Positions 1 through 12,865 of a DNA stretch of 64,000 nucleotides are shown piece by piece; positions within the stretch are counted from its first letter, which is position 1, and the number at the start of each line of letters is the position of its first letter. The notes beneath the pieces were generated by a model, which ran no database searches, had not been told where the DNA came from, and saw only the letters and a list, made by a program, of their open reading frames with translations. The stretch comes from Mustelus asterias (taxonomy: Eukaryota), in NCBI RefSeq assembly GCF_964213995.1, contig NW_027590147.1, forward strand, positions 434,001 through 498,000, written 5' to 3'. The translations under genes were made by a program, and so were the position numbers.

Positions 1-190
1 TTGCAATCTTCAAATCTTCTCCCTGTAAATGATGAAAATTATAGGTGTAATTCAAGGTTAGAAATTCAGGACAGACAAACATTTCTTTTGGTCTGAGTTT
101 GCTGTGTGTAAATCTTTCCCTTCTAACCCCCTGTAAAAGGAGTTTCCAAAATCCATCAGCGTCTGTACAGGGCAGAAATTCAAAACATTC
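1..190 (-). other. ZNF-family intron/splice-acceptor module (two partial copies); probably belongs to a minus-strand ZNF gene left of the window
   Basis: CCTGTAAAAGGAGTTT..GTACAGGGCAGAAATTCA resembles the reverse complement of the acceptor modules at 17181-17240 and 29272-29340. Confidence 0.55.
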
Positions 191-376
191 TCTCCTGTTA
201 TCTGCACAGAATTACTTTAGTGGGACAAAATTGCAGAGGAGGCAGTTCAGAGAATATCCAGTTGGTTGATTCCTGAAATGAGGAGTTTTATCTTTCAGGT
301 TGAGCAGCTGGAGCCTGTACTCTTTGGAGTTTAGAAGACTGAGAAATAATCTCATTGAAACATCTGGGAATTTAAG

Positions 377-695
377 GGTGGCACAGGGGTTAGCACTGCT
401 GCCTCACAGCACCAGGGTCCCAGGTTCAATTCCGGCCTTGGGTCACTGTCTTTGTGGAGTTTGCACATTTTTCCCATGTCTGTGTGAGTTTCCTCAGGGT
501 GCTCCGGTTTCGTCCCACAGTCCAAAGATGTACAGGTTAGGTGGATTGGCTATGCTAAATTGACCCTCGTGTCAGGGGGATTAGCAGTGTAAAATCAGGG
601 GGTTGTGGGGATGGGGCTTGGGTGGGATTGTGGTCGATACAGACTTGATGGGCCAAATGGCATCATTCTGCACTGTAGGGATTCTATGATTCATA
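377..695 (+). mobile_element. HE1-like V-SINE (tRNA-derived head, CR1-type tail) inside an older CR1 fragment (~200-925)
   Basis: GTGGCACAGGGGTTAGCACTGCTGCCTCACAG head, GGTTCAATTCC B-box, V-domain, GATGGGCCAAATGG..GATTCTATGATTC tail. Confidence 0.85.
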
Positions 696-924
696 TGATA
701 TAAGGTGCTTGACAACGTAGATGCTGAGAGGATGCTCCTTTGGTGTGGGAATCAAGTAAAAATAAAGGATTTAAGGTTAAGATGAAGAGAGATCTTTTCT
801 CTCAGCGGGTTGTTGATCTTTGGAACTCTGTCTTCACCAGTGAGGATTGGAGGCAGGATATATTCAAAGCTGAAGTTCTGAACCACAAGAAACTCATGGG
901 TATGGACGGGGTGGGGGTAGCAAA

Positions 925-2200
925 GTCATAGAGATTTACAGCATGGAAAACGGCCCTTTGGCCCAACTTGTCCATGCCGCCTTTTTTTAAAACCCCTAAT
1001 CTGGTCCCAATTGCCCGCATTTGTCCCATATCCCTCTATACCCATCGTACTCATGTAACTATCTAAATGCTTTTTAAAAGACAAATTTGTACCTGCTTCT
1101 ACTACTACCTCTGGCAGCTTGTTCCAGACACTCACTACCCTATCCAATTACAACGGGATCTTGATCAATTGGGCCAGTGGGCTGACGAATGGCAGATGGA
1201 GTTTAATTTAGACAAATGCGAGGTGATGCATTTTGGTGGATTGAACCAGGGCAGGACTTACTCAGTTAATGGTAGGGAGTTGGGGAGAGTTACAGAACAA
1301 AGAGATCTAAGGGTACATGTTCATAGCTCCTTGAAAGTGGAGTCACAGGTGGACAGACTGGTGAAGGCGGCATTCAGCACGCTTGGTTTCATCGGTCAGA
1401 ACATTGAATACAGGAGTTGGGACATCTTGTTGAAGTTGTACAAGACATTGGTAAGGCCACACTTGGAATACTGTGTGCAATTCTGGTCACCCTATTATAG
1501 AAAGGATATTATCAAACTAGAAAGAGTGCAGACAAGATTTACTAGGATGCTACCGGGACTTGATGGATTGAATTATAAGGAGAGGCTGGATAGACTGGGA
1601 CTTTTCTCTGGAGCATAGGAAGCTGAGGGGTGATCTTTTAGAGGTCTATAAAATAATGAGGGGCATAGATCAGCTAGATAGTCAATATATTTTCCCAAAG
1701 GTAGGGGAGTCTAAAACTAGAGGGCATAGGTTTAAGTTGAGAGGGGAGAGATACAAAAGTGTCCAGAGGGACAATTTTTTCACACAGAGGGTGGTGAGTG
1801 TCTGGAACAAGCTGCCAGAGGTAGTAGTAGAGGCGGGTACAATTTTGTCTTTTAAAAAGAATTTAGATAGTTACTTGGGTACGATGGGTATAGAGGGATA
1901 TGGGACAAATGCGGGCAATTGGGATTTTAAAATAAAGACGGCATGGACAAATTGGGCCGAAGGGCCTGTTTCCATGCTGTAGACTTCTCTGACTCTATGA
2001 CCCTCTGTGTGAACAAATTGCTCCTCTGGACACTTTCGTATCTCTCCCCTCTCACCTTAAACCTATGCCCTCTAGTTTTAGACTGCCCTAGCTTTGACTA
2101 TCTAGCTGATCTGTGCCCCTCATTATTTTATAAACCTCTCTAAGATCACCCCTCAGCCTCCTATGCTCCAGAGAAAAAAAGTCCCAGTCTATCCAGCCTC
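925..2200. mobile_element. Nested CR1-clade LINE 3' ends: plus-strand copy (1145-2000) inserted in a minus-strand copy (925-1141 + 2001-2200)
   Basis: ORFs with LQRDLDQLGQWADEWQMEFNLDKCEVMHFG, RPHLEYCVQFWSP, FFTQRVVSVWNKLP; flanking pieces are contiguous reverse-complement CR1 sequence. Confidence 0.9.
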
Positions 2201-2295
2201 TCCAAAGTAGACATGATCTTATTGAATGATGCAGCAGGCTCGATGGGCCGAATGACTGGCTCCTGTTCCGAATTCTTATTCCGATGTACTTGGAT

Positions 2296-2750
2296 AGCTG
2301 CGCATGCGCCCTGCTACCTATCGTCCCTCTGAAGATAGAGGTTCTGAACCAGCCCCTGAAACCACGCCCATTGTGACCCGTCACCGACAGCAGCGCATGC
2401 GCTCTCCTTCGCCGCTGAAACAAGATGGCGGCCGAAAACCGGGGCCTGTTCCTGGGAAAAAAAAACCCGGGAGCTGCAAACCCGGAACCGGCATGGTCTT
2501 ATCCGGGCCTTGCAACCTGGAGCGGGCATTCGTGAAGCCTCCGCTCCCTCCCCACCCCGACTCCATTCCTCCCTCCGCCATACTGACTCTCACCCGCTGG
2601 AAAAAGCGTCCCCCGCACTCGCAGGGCTCCGAGCAAAGTGGCAGTACGCATGCTCCAGATACAGCACTGCGCCTGCGCAATAGGCTGCTGTGGAATGAAG
2701 AGGACACTTTCCCACCCGCAGGCGTACCTGGGAATTAACGGCGCCATTGT
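2296..2750. promoter_or_regulatory. CpG-rich promoter / first-exon region
   Basis: GCGCATGCGC (NRF1-type) at 2300 and 2393, CAAGATGGCGGC (YY1-type) at 2421, high CpG density. Confidence 0.7.
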
Positions 2751-3299
2751 CAAAGACATAATAGAAAACTATCTTGTGCAATTAAGATTAATTAATTTTT
2801 AAAAATACATTCCTCTGAATTTGTGATTAATTGGCCTGTGTACTAAGCAGATATTAATGTTCCACTTAAAATTAAAAGAGAAGGTGCTGGAAAAACGCAG
2901 CAGGATTGAGAGAGAACCCACAGAGGCAAGTTATGAATAGACTTCAGACTGAAGCAACAATAAAAGAAACCCACACGGGGGGGCCAGGAACTGAGTTCTG
3001 CATCCAACAGACAGCCTGAATCATGCCAGCTCCTAACTGTGTTTTTAAACTCGAACTTATAAAACAGAAACAAAACTCTGTAGAGTCTGTTTCTGGGACA
3101 AAGAAAATAAATACTGGAGATATTCATCAGGCCAGGCAGCCTGTGAGAGTCACAAACAGAATTGAGGGCTCAGGTTGCTGACCTACCCTCAGTCGGCAAT
3201 TAAACATTTAGAGTCAGTCACTGACTAATGGCGGTCATAATTCCCACAATGCTCGGCGCCTCAGAAACCCCTCCATTCAAAAGTTGTTCGCTGGAATTC

Positions 3300-4112
3300 A
3301 CTCATCATAGAATCCTTACAGTGCAGAAAGAGGCCATTCGATCCGTCGAGTCTGTACTGCAACTGCGACAATATATTCTGCACCCGACTCTTTTCCTTTC
3401 CCCCTATGTACTCCATCAATTTACGTTTTTTTCTGTATAGCACGCAAGAAATAATACTTTTCACTGTATCCCAGAACATGCGACAATAATAAATCAAATT
3501 AGACACTACATATCTCGGACACCAAGGGACAAATTTACCTAACCTGCACATCTTTGGGCTATGAGAAAAAACCGGAGCACCCAGAGGAAGATTGTGCAAA
3601 CTCCACACATGAGGTGGAGATGCCAGCGCTGAATTGGGGTGAGCACAGTAAGTAGTCTCAAAATACAAGATTAAAGACCAACAGGTTTATTTGGAACCAC
3701 AAGCTTTCAGAGCGCTGATGAAGGAGCAGTGCTCTGCAAGCTCGTGATTCCAAATAACCAAGAGAAAATGCTGGAAAATCTCAGCAGGTTTGGCAACATC
3801 TGTAAGGAGAGAAAAGAACTGACATTTCGAGTCCAGATGACTCTTTGTCAAAGCTTTGATAAAGGGTGATGTGGACTCGAAGCATCAGTTCTTTTCTCTC
3901 CTTACAGAGCCTGCCATATCTGCTGAGATTTTCCAGCAATTTCTCTTTTGGTTTCAAATTCCAGCATCCACAATAATTTACTTTGATTCCAAATAAACTT
4001 ATTGGACTTTAACTTGGTGTTATGAGACTTCTTCCTGAGCAAACTCCACACAGTCACCCACCGCTGGAATCGAACTCAGTGAGGCAGCAGTGCTAACCGC
4101 TGTGCCACAGTG
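3300..4112 (-). mobile_element. HE1-like SINE split by a Penelope-terminus palindrome that itself contains a second palindromic insert
   Basis: SINE halves at ~3300-3609 and ~4036-4112 with TG(T/A)GCAAACTCCACACA duplicated on both sides of the insert. Confidence 0.8.
3758..3983. mobile_element. Palindromic short repeat (family B) with degenerate hammerhead cores; axis ~3853
   Basis: GAGAAAATGCTGGAAAATCTCAGCAG ... CTGCTGAGATTTTCCAGCAATTTCTC arms; TGATTCCAAATAA direct repeat at 3745 and 3984. Confidence 0.75.
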
Positions 4113-6025
4113 ATGGTAGTTTGCTGCAAATTTCGGGTGATAACAATGGGCTGGATGTTGCTCAGAATGTGGAGCACTGCAGCAAAGTACAGAGAGACAG
4201 AGACAGAGCAGCAGACTGGACTGAGAAATGGAGTATGCAGACTGGAACTGGCAGCATGAGGAGAGGTTATTTAGTCTAACACTCACAGCAATCTACAACC
4301 CACCCCCATTACCGAGACAGTGAGACAGAGATTACAAACACTCACCAACACAGCTCCAGTGAAACGTCCCAGGAAAAAGGGGGAATCTGTGGCAGTTCCT
4401 GTCCTGATATAGCCCCGGGACTGTCACTCAAACCCCCAACCCGGCCCAGTTCACAGCTCAGCCTCTCAGCTTGCAGCTTCCTGCACCTTGAGCCAACCCT
4501 GTCCAGGTGTGGGAGGTCTGTGGAACTACAGAGTGGGGGGAGGGGTGACCTCCTGCTGTGCCCCAAATAGTTTCTCCTTCCCCTCCCCCTTGGCGCTCTC
4601 AGCTCTCAATGTGGATGCGTTGATGGACATTGCAGAGCCTCACTGAGCTGCGCCTGTCCCTTATCCTGGGTCACCCCCTTCCCCTGGGTTCAGTGTGTTC
4701 AGTTCGCTGCTTCTTTCCCTGCTGAACCTTCAGTTAATCAAAAGCAGAAAGTGCTGGAAAACCTCAGCAGGTCTGACAGCATCTGTGATCATCCAGACTG
4801 GAAGCATTGACTCTATTCTCTCTCCACAGATGCTGAGATTTCCAGCATTTTCTGTTTCTGTTTCAGATTCCAGCACCCGCAGTATTTTGCTTTTATCTTA
4901 AACAAGCATTCTTTGATGGCCTTTACCCTGATTGCTCCTTTCCAGAGCTTCCCACCTTCTGCTATTGTCCCTGACTCCCACATTAACTCTGTCATTCCTC
5001 CCCTTTACCCCGCTCACCCTGTCTAAAGTCAGGCTCAGAGTTTTACCGCCATCTCCCCCTCCCTCAGCCTCCACATCCCAACACCCGGAATCTCTAACCC
5101 AGCGGTTCCAGTTTATCTGGTTTGAGTTCAGATTTGCCGCAGCACCGACAGGATTTCACTTCAAACCAGCCGGAACTGATTGCTCACAAATCCCAAAATG
5201 TTTCTCCAGCAGCCCTGACTTGTTAATGTTGTTTAAAGTCAGCGCCCAAATGCAGCTACTCTCCTCAGTTTAAAAAACTTCTCCGTTTAATCTAAGGGAT
5301 TATTCACACCAGACACAAATATAAAATTGTGAACGTTACCCACCCACCCCGCCCCCCCCCCTCCCCCCACCCCCCACCCTCCCCCCCTCCCCGGCCACCC
5401 AGACCCGAGCTGGGGTGTCCTGAGTAAGAGACATCTGTTCCAGGTGTGACAATTCTTACACATTGTCTGGTTGACATCAAACGGAAAACGCTGGAAATAT
5501 TCATGAATGAAAGCAAATTGCTGCTTTTCTCAAAAGGGTCGCCTGGACTCGAAACCTCAGCTCTTTTTGTCTCCTTACAGATGCTGCCAGACCTGCTGAG
5601 ATTTTCCAGCGTTTTCTCTTTTGGCTGGAAATACTCAACAAGTCAGGCAGCCTCTGTGGAGAGAGAAACAGACTCAGTGTGACCTGTCATCGGAACTGGG
5701 AAATATAATATTATTTCTCGCAACTAAAAGAGACACTTTACAGCCTTCAGAACAAAACTGAGTCCAACAATTTTACACCACAATCTCTGCCCCCATTGTG
5801 TTCTGTGTTTCGTTGCTGCTTTTTTCACCTCATTTCCCTCTTGTTTACTTTACTTTACATTCAGACTATCGCTAACCGGCTATTCACACCTCATCCAGAA
5901 CATCTTTTGTGTCTTTACTTGTCCCATTACCACTCGCTTTGGTCTTGGGCCGTGAAACATTTTGTCAGTTTACAGATCTTTCATTTTGCCTCCTCCACCT
6001 CCCTCTCTCAATTCTTCAGAGGTCA

Positions 6026-6170
6026 GTCTTTGACAAAGGGTCAACTGGACTCGAAACGTCAGCATTTCTCTCTCCTGACAGATGCTGCCAGACCTGCTGA
6101 GATTTTCCAGCATTTTCTCTTTTGGTTTCAGATTCCACCATTCACTGTAATTTGTTTTTATCCTGATTTT
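6026..6170 (+). mobile_element. Family-B short repeat with hammerhead-like core; further decayed copies at ~4740-4900, 5530-5625, 30130-30225, 32001-32056, 33896-33932, 48000-48075, 48284-48372, 61315-61435
   Basis: TTGACAA-A-GGGTC-AACTG-GACTC-GAAA-CG-TC followed by shared CAGATGCTGCCAGACCTGCTGAGATTTTCCAGCA. Confidence 0.7.
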
Positions 6171-6659
6171 CCCTGTGTGGCTCTGGAGAGCGCTTGAGAC
6201 GTTAGGGACAGAGAAAACGAGATTTTTCACTCTCTCTCAGAGGGTCTTTGGTCTGTGGAATTCTCTTCCCCAGAGAGCAGTGGAGACAGAGTCATTGAAT
6301 ATTTTTCAGGCTGAATAAATGGATTCCTGATTGACAAGAGAGTCAGATGGTTGGGGGGGGGGGGGGGGGGGGGGCGGGGGGGGGCATTCGGGGGGTGAGG
6401 GGGGAGACAGAAAAATGGAGCTCTGGCCACAATCAGATCAGTCGGGATCTTGTCAAATGCTGGAGCAGAGGGGCCCAATGGTCCACTGCTGCTCCTCATT
6501 CATATGGATGTTTGGCTGCATGTTTCACTCTGTTTCTGCCTCCATAGAAGCTGCTGGGCCTGTTGACTATTTGTGGCATTGACTGTTTTATTTCAGAATT
6601 TAAGACTCTGTAACATATCACTGTGTAATCCAACAATTAATCCAGTTCCCCTGGATTAC

Positions 6660-6981
6660 TGCACTGTGGCATAGTGGTTAGCACCGCTGCCTCACAGCAC
6701 CAGGGACCTGGGTTCGATTCAAGTTTCGGGTCACTGTCTGTGTGGAGTTTGCACATTCTCCCCGTGTCTGCGTGGGTTCCCTCTGGATGCTCCAGTTTCC
6801 TCCCACAGATCAAAGATGGGCGGGTTAGGTGGATTGGCCGTACTAAATTGCCCCTTAGTGTCAGGGGGACTAGCTAGGGTAAATGCATGGCGTTAAGGGG
6901 ATAGGGCCTGGATAGGATTGTGGTCATGCAGACTCGATGGGCCGAATGGCCTCCTTCTGCACTGTTGGATTCTGTGATTCT
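6660..6981 (+). mobile_element. HE1-like V-SINE
   Basis: Same head, V-domain and tail as 377-695. Confidence 0.85.
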
Positions 6982-7031
6982 AGTTAGAAGTCTCACATCA
7001 CCAGGTTAAAATCCAACAGGTTCATTTGTTA

Positions 7032-7068
7032 TCACGAGCTTTCGGAGCACTGCTCCTTCATCAGGTGA
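7032..7068 (-). ncRNA. Minimal type I hammerhead ribozyme in a Penelope-terminus fragment (6983-7070)
   Basis: Minus strand TCAC-CTGATGA-A-GGAGC-AGT-GCTCC-GAAA-GC-TC-GTGA: full core, stems I and II, palindromic AGCT stem III, CUC site. Confidence 0.75.
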
Positions 7069-7477
7069 GCCAATCGTCTATGATTCTACATGCAGACATA
7101 CTCACAGATGCACAAATACATTCACAGACATGAATATATGATTTCAAGAAGTAATTAGATATCGCTCATGGGGCAAAAGGGATCAAGGGATATGGGAGGA
7201 AGGGGGGAATCAGGACATTGAATTTGATGGTCAGCCATGAACAAAATGAATGGTGGAGCAGGCTCGAAGAGTCGAATGGCCTACACCTGCTTCTAGTTTC
7301 TATCGTTCTGCACACGCGTACGCACACACTCCGAGACCACCTGCTGGGCACCAAAATAATAACAGAAGCAAATCTGAAAGTCAGTGTGTGTGTTTTATTG
7401 TGAAATGAGATAATGTATAAATATATCCCCATAGCTCCGGGTGGGAGTGGAATTGATGATTTCTTGACTGTCTGTCT

Positions 7478-7737
7478 GCACTGCTGCCTCACAGCGCCAG
7501 GGACTTGGGTTCAATTCCCGGCTTGGGTCACTGTCTGTGCGGAGTCTGCACATTCTCCCTGTGTCTGCGTGGGTTTCCTCCGGGTGCTCCGGTTTCCTCC
7601 CACAGTCTGAAAGATGCGCTGTTTAGGTGCATTGACCCAAACAGGTGCCGGACTGTGGCAACTAGGGGAATTTCACAGTAACTTCTTTGCAGTGTTAATG
7701 TAAGCCTTACTTGTGACTAATAAATAATTTTAACTTT
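7478..7737 (+). mobile_element. V-SINE variant with a different tail (second copy 50277-50550; tail fragments ~35058-35115, ~59955-60022)
   Basis: Same head/V-domain but tail CACAGTAACTTC..GTAAGCCTTACTTGTGACTAATAAATAA. Confidence 0.75.
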
Positions 7738-7749
7738 TAGTTTGAGATC

Positions 7750-8080
7750 TCATAGAATTGTAGAATCCTACAGTGCAGAAGGCAGCCATTCAGCCTATCG
7801 AGTCTGCACCAACCACAATCCCACCCAGGCCCTATCTCCATAACTCCACATATTTAACCTGCTAATCCTCCTGACACCAGGGTCAATTTTACATGGCCAG
7901 TCAACATAAGCAGCACATCTTTGGACTGTGGGAGGAAACCGGAGCACCCACAGGAAATCTACATAGACACGAGGAAAATGTACGAACTCCACACAGACAG
8001 TGACCCAAGCTGGGAATCGAATCCAAATCCCTGGCGCTGTGAGGCAGCAGTGCTAACCACTGTGCCACTGTACCACCCAG
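7750..8080 (-). mobile_element. HE1-like V-SINE
   Basis: Reverse complement of the HE1-like consensus seen elsewhere in the window. Confidence 0.85.
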
Positions 8081-9729
8081 TGCTCTAAGGTTAAGTTTCT
8101 TCTTCAAACCTAAGAAGATTCAGTGTCACATTAGGGCGGGGAAATGGGAGTCCATTCACTTCAGATGGATAATGGTAAAAGTTAATTCACTTTGGGATTC
8201 ACTTCGGGATTCACTTTGTCCTCTGAGCTGCTGGGACACCAGAGCGATCACACTGATTGGAGCCTTTCTTGATGTTCTGACTCTATTGTATTGATTAATG
8301 TGAACTACACACATGTGGAGGTCATTGATTGGATGCTTACTTGAAGATATTTAAAGGGACAGTTAGAGACGGTGCCTGGAATTAGGAGATATATCTGTCA
8401 TGTTTCACTCTATGAATAAATCAACACCAAATAAAGATTGACTCCACCCTAAGGCAGTCAGGATTATTACATTCATTGCAGCGCAGGTCTCTTTCCTCAA
8501 CTCCAGTTGATGTTCCGACAGCTTCAGGATGCACTTCCTGTCAGGAAGCAGGGATCTCAGTAAGTTCCCCTTTGGATCATCGGTTATGGTCACTCGCTCC
8601 CTGTGAGGAGGCCGGATGTGGGATATTGCCGAAAGTCTGCGTGTCATTGGGGTGACTGGGGGGTGGAAGCAGAAACTGGAGTTGGTCACTGGGCAGTGGG
8701 CGTTACTGGTATTGAGGCTCCTGGGTGGTCACATGGGATGCCAGCTGCGTGGGTTCATGGTGGGCACTGGAAATTTCCAGAGTATAATTTAGTGTGGTGT
8801 TACATCCCCAGCCTACAGGGTGTGGGCGGACAACATTCCTCCCTTTCTCCCGACACCCCACAAACAAGATTCCCAGAGAGAGGGATCCACTCTGAGTTAT
8901 AGTCAGTACATTTAATCAATGCAGTAGATTGTGTGGACATAAAAGATTCTCCAGCTCTCCATTCACCTGGGTCCACCTTGTGGATAAATGTTATGAAGTA
9001 TTATTTCTCCCGAGCCTTCAATTGTCCCAATCCAAAATTCCTTTAGCTTTTTTTTTCATTGTCTCAACGTCCATTTGTCTATGGAGGTCTGTGTCAGTGC
9101 CTTGATCATTTCAAAATGTTTTCTTATTCTTCAGGCCATGTTAACCATTGCACGTCGTGTATTCTTAGGGAGTCTGTATCAGTGTCCTGTACACCCTGTC
9201 CTACTGGGTAACTACTGTTAGGAGGCTGAGGGACCACTCCCACCCTCTTTCCTGTGCTATTTCTCATCTCTTCCCAGTCTGATTATTTGTGTTGCTCTTT
9301 CGAGCTAAGGACATCTCTCACTACTGTACTAATGTCATCCTTCATTAACAGAGCTACCCCACCTCCTTTTCCAAGCTTCCTAGCTTTTCAAAGTGTCAAA
9401 TACTCTGCAATATTTAGTTCCCAGCCTTGGTCACTCTGTAACCATTGTTAGGATACCAGACTGGAACTCCAAGTTTTATTAGGAAGCCAGACTAGACACC
9501 AACATTTTTTCTTTCTGGCAAAAATGTGAGGAGAGGAGACTTTGCTCCAGGAGTGATGAGAAAATAGGGATTTTTTAATAAAATAAATTTTATTCACAAC
9601 AGTTTAAATACAACACTAACAATGCAAACAATTAACAGCTGAACAATACTTACAATGAAAGGAAACAATTTAATTTCTAACTTAACAACATCCATTCAGA
9701 GGTTTAAATACAGTTAACAAACACAGATC

Positions 9730-10620
9730 AGAGAGTCTTTGAGGTTTACAGCATGGAAACAGGCCCTTCGGCCCAACTTGTCCAAGCCACCCTTTTATTT
9801 AACCACTAAGCCAGTCCCAATTGCCCGCATTTGGCCCCTGTCCCTCTATACCCATCTTACCCATGTAACTGTCTAAATGCATTTAAAAGTCAAATTTTAC
9901 CCACCTTTACGACTACGTCTGGCAGCTTGTATCAGACACCACCCTCTGTGTGAAACAATTGCCCCTCTGGACCCTTTTGTATCTCTCCCCTCTCATTTTA
10001 AACCTTTGCCCTCTAGTTTTAGAATCCTCTATCTTTGGGAAAATATGTTGACTATCTAGCTGATCTATGCCCCTCATTATTTTATAGATCTATACAAGAT
10101 CACCCTTAAGCCTCCTACGCTTCAGGGAAAAAAGTCCTCATCTATCTCGTCTATCCTTATAACTCAAACCAAGTCCCGGTAGCATCCTCGTAAATCTTTT
10201 CTGCACTCTTTCTCGTTTAATAATATCCTTTCAATAATAGGGTGACCAGAACTGTACACAGTATTCCAAGTGTGGCCTTGTGTCTTGTACAACTTCAACA
10301 AGACGTCCCAACTCCTGTATTCAATGTTCTGACCAATGAAACCAAGCATGTCAAATGCCTTCTTCACCACTCTGTCCACCTGTGACTCCACTTTCAAGGA
10401 GCTATGAACCTGTATCCCGAGATCTCTTTGCTCTATAACTCTCCCCAAAGCCCTACCATTAACTGAGCAAATCCTGCTCCAGTTCGATCTACCAAAATGT
10501 ATCACCTTGCATTTATTTAAATTAAACTCCATCTGCCATTCATCAGCCCACTGGCCCATTTGATCAAGATCCCGTTGCAATCCTAGAAACCTTATCCACT
10601 GCCCACTATGCTACCAATAT
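9730..10620 (-). mobile_element. CR1-clade LINE 3' fragment
   Basis: ORF 10164-10580 QRDLDQMGQWADEWQMEFN..; same 3' UTR as 925-1050. Confidence 0.9.
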
Positions 10621-11061
10621 ACTGGCTGTAATACGTGTAGACAATCTTGGAGCTTTAAGAGAGAAAGGGAGTTTCAGATCAGCTTCCAGAAGCTCGCGCC
10701 TTCAAACAGAACTGCAGCTAACTTCCAAACTTCGCCTCACTCCTCCCATTAACCCCATCATCACAACACCCCACATTCCTCAACCCACACTCCAATCCTT
10801 TTAGCAAAGCCCCAGGGCATCTCCTTTCGACAGACAAAAGTCCATTAAAGTCACTCAGATAAACAACTGCATTGCTGAAATGGGAAATTATCCTGCTCGT
10901 AGTCCCCTGAGCTGCATTCTTCCTGGACATAGCACTGCTTGTCGAATAGACCAGAAGCTTTAAACATTCTCCTGAAACAAATGAAAAACAAATTTTATGA
11001 ATAAATATTGCACACTTTCATTTCACCATCACTGAAACAAAAATGAACCAACAATATGAAT

Positions 11062-11425
11062 CCTTACAGAATACTGTAAGGCCTGGATAGAGCAGACGTG
11101 GGGAAGATGTTTCCATTAGTAGAAGAGATTAGAATCCGAGGGCACAACCTCAGAGTAAAGGGATGACTCTTTAGAACCAAGGTGAGGAGGAATTTCTTCA
11201 GCCACAGGGTGGTGAATCTATGGAATTCATCACCACAGAAGGCAGTGGAGGCCATCATTGAGTGGATTTAAGGCAGAGATAGATAGGTTCTTGATTAATG
11301 AGGGGATCAGGGGTTATGGGGAAAAGGCAGGAGAATGGGGATGAAAAAAGTATCAGCCATAATTGAATGGCGGAGCAGACTCGATGGGCCGAATGGCCTA
11401 ATTCTGCTCATATATCTTATGGTCT
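11062..11425 (+). mobile_element. CR1-clade LINE 3' end (different subfamily)
   Basis: RRNFFSHRVVNLWNS coding remnant, GATGGGCCGAATGGCCTAATTCTGCTC tail. Confidence 0.8.
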
Positions 11426-12865
11426 AAAACTTGGCCGGTTCACTGAGTGAAGAATGATTGAAGACTAAGTGCTTCACACCCAGGTCTGTTCCAATCATCA
11501 AATGGTCTATTTTACAGCGGCGGGGATCAAGTCGCTGGTCTCACCATGCAACCTCCACCCTGAACATAGAAGATCACACCTTCCTATCCATTTACCGATG
11601 CCCATCCTGGCTGGTTCCAAACTAATCACAATATGAATCGATTCCAGACATATCCAATCAAGCTAACAATTAGGCATCATGTGGCTGTGTGATCAGCTCA
11701 TGGACAGCTCTGGACCATCTCATCATGTGGACCAGACACCTTATAACAACTGACCTTGTGACATCACAATGACTCACTATACTCAGGACTTTCTGATCTC
11801 CACCACATCCCAGCCTATTCCGTTAGCAGTCGGTTACTCAGTGCAGCTGCCTGTGTGCTGATAAGAGGGGCCCTGCTGAGCAGCTTTAATGGTCCGTGAT
11901 TGCAGAAACTGAGCAGTCACAGGAATATGGTCAAGATAGTCCAGTCCCACAATGCCTCACATTCAATCTGCAGTCCTTCAATTATAACAGAATATGTGGC
12001 TGTATGTAGCTGCCTTGGCCATGGTCGACCCCAACACTGCCTTCCTGAACTGCTACAATGCCTGAGGTGTAAGTACATCCACAGTGCTGTTAGGGAGCGA
12101 TTTCCAGCTGCAATTCCAGACTTTCACGAGACTGTAGGTGGCTATCAGATTGATATATTCCATTCAACCACACCCAAGGTGAGTTATTCCAATTCCTTTA
12201 TTGTCCAGGACAATATATTTACAATATCTTTAAAACAGAAATTAAACATTCCCATTTGATTTCAGGTATTAACATATTCTGTTAGTTTGTTCTTTATTGT
12301 CAATGTCAGGCTGGGGTTGTTCCCCTTGGAGCAAAGGAGGTTGAGGGGAGATTTGATAGAGGTGGACAAGATTCTGACAGGTTTAGATAAGGTGGACAAA
12401 GAAAAGCTGTTCCCATTAGCTGATGGGACAAGAATGAGGGGGACACAGATTTAAGGTTTTGGGCCAGAGATGCAGGGGGGTGATGTGAGGAAGAATATTT
12501 TGATGCAGCGAATGGTAATGACCTGGAACTCGCTGCCTACGAGGGTGGAGGAAGTGGAGACAATAAACAATTACAAAGGAAATTGGATGGGCATTTGGGG
12601 TCTTTCAAACAGAAATAGTGACTAAATATTTCTGAACTTCCTAACACCCTGTCACTCTGTGATCCGTGTGAAATTTGAAACCAGGTATTTGCAACAAGAC
12701 TCAAAGAGCATCAGCCTACTGGAGGCAAAGTTGTGAGACCGGCCAGTCCAGCAGAAAGAAACCCTCCGACCCTCCCCATTGACCAACTGTGAGAATGAAC
12801 AAAATCCAGTCCTGGATGGAATTGAGAGCAGAAACAATAAGAGGAGAATCCAAACCCTCATGTAA

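Noticed and set aside
300-563. ORFs with GHCLCGVCTF or VWSLHILLV motifs, many copies
   Set aside because: Translations of the SINE V-domain
9447-9730. LTR start (TGTTA..)
   Set aside because: No matching end or target duplication could be located
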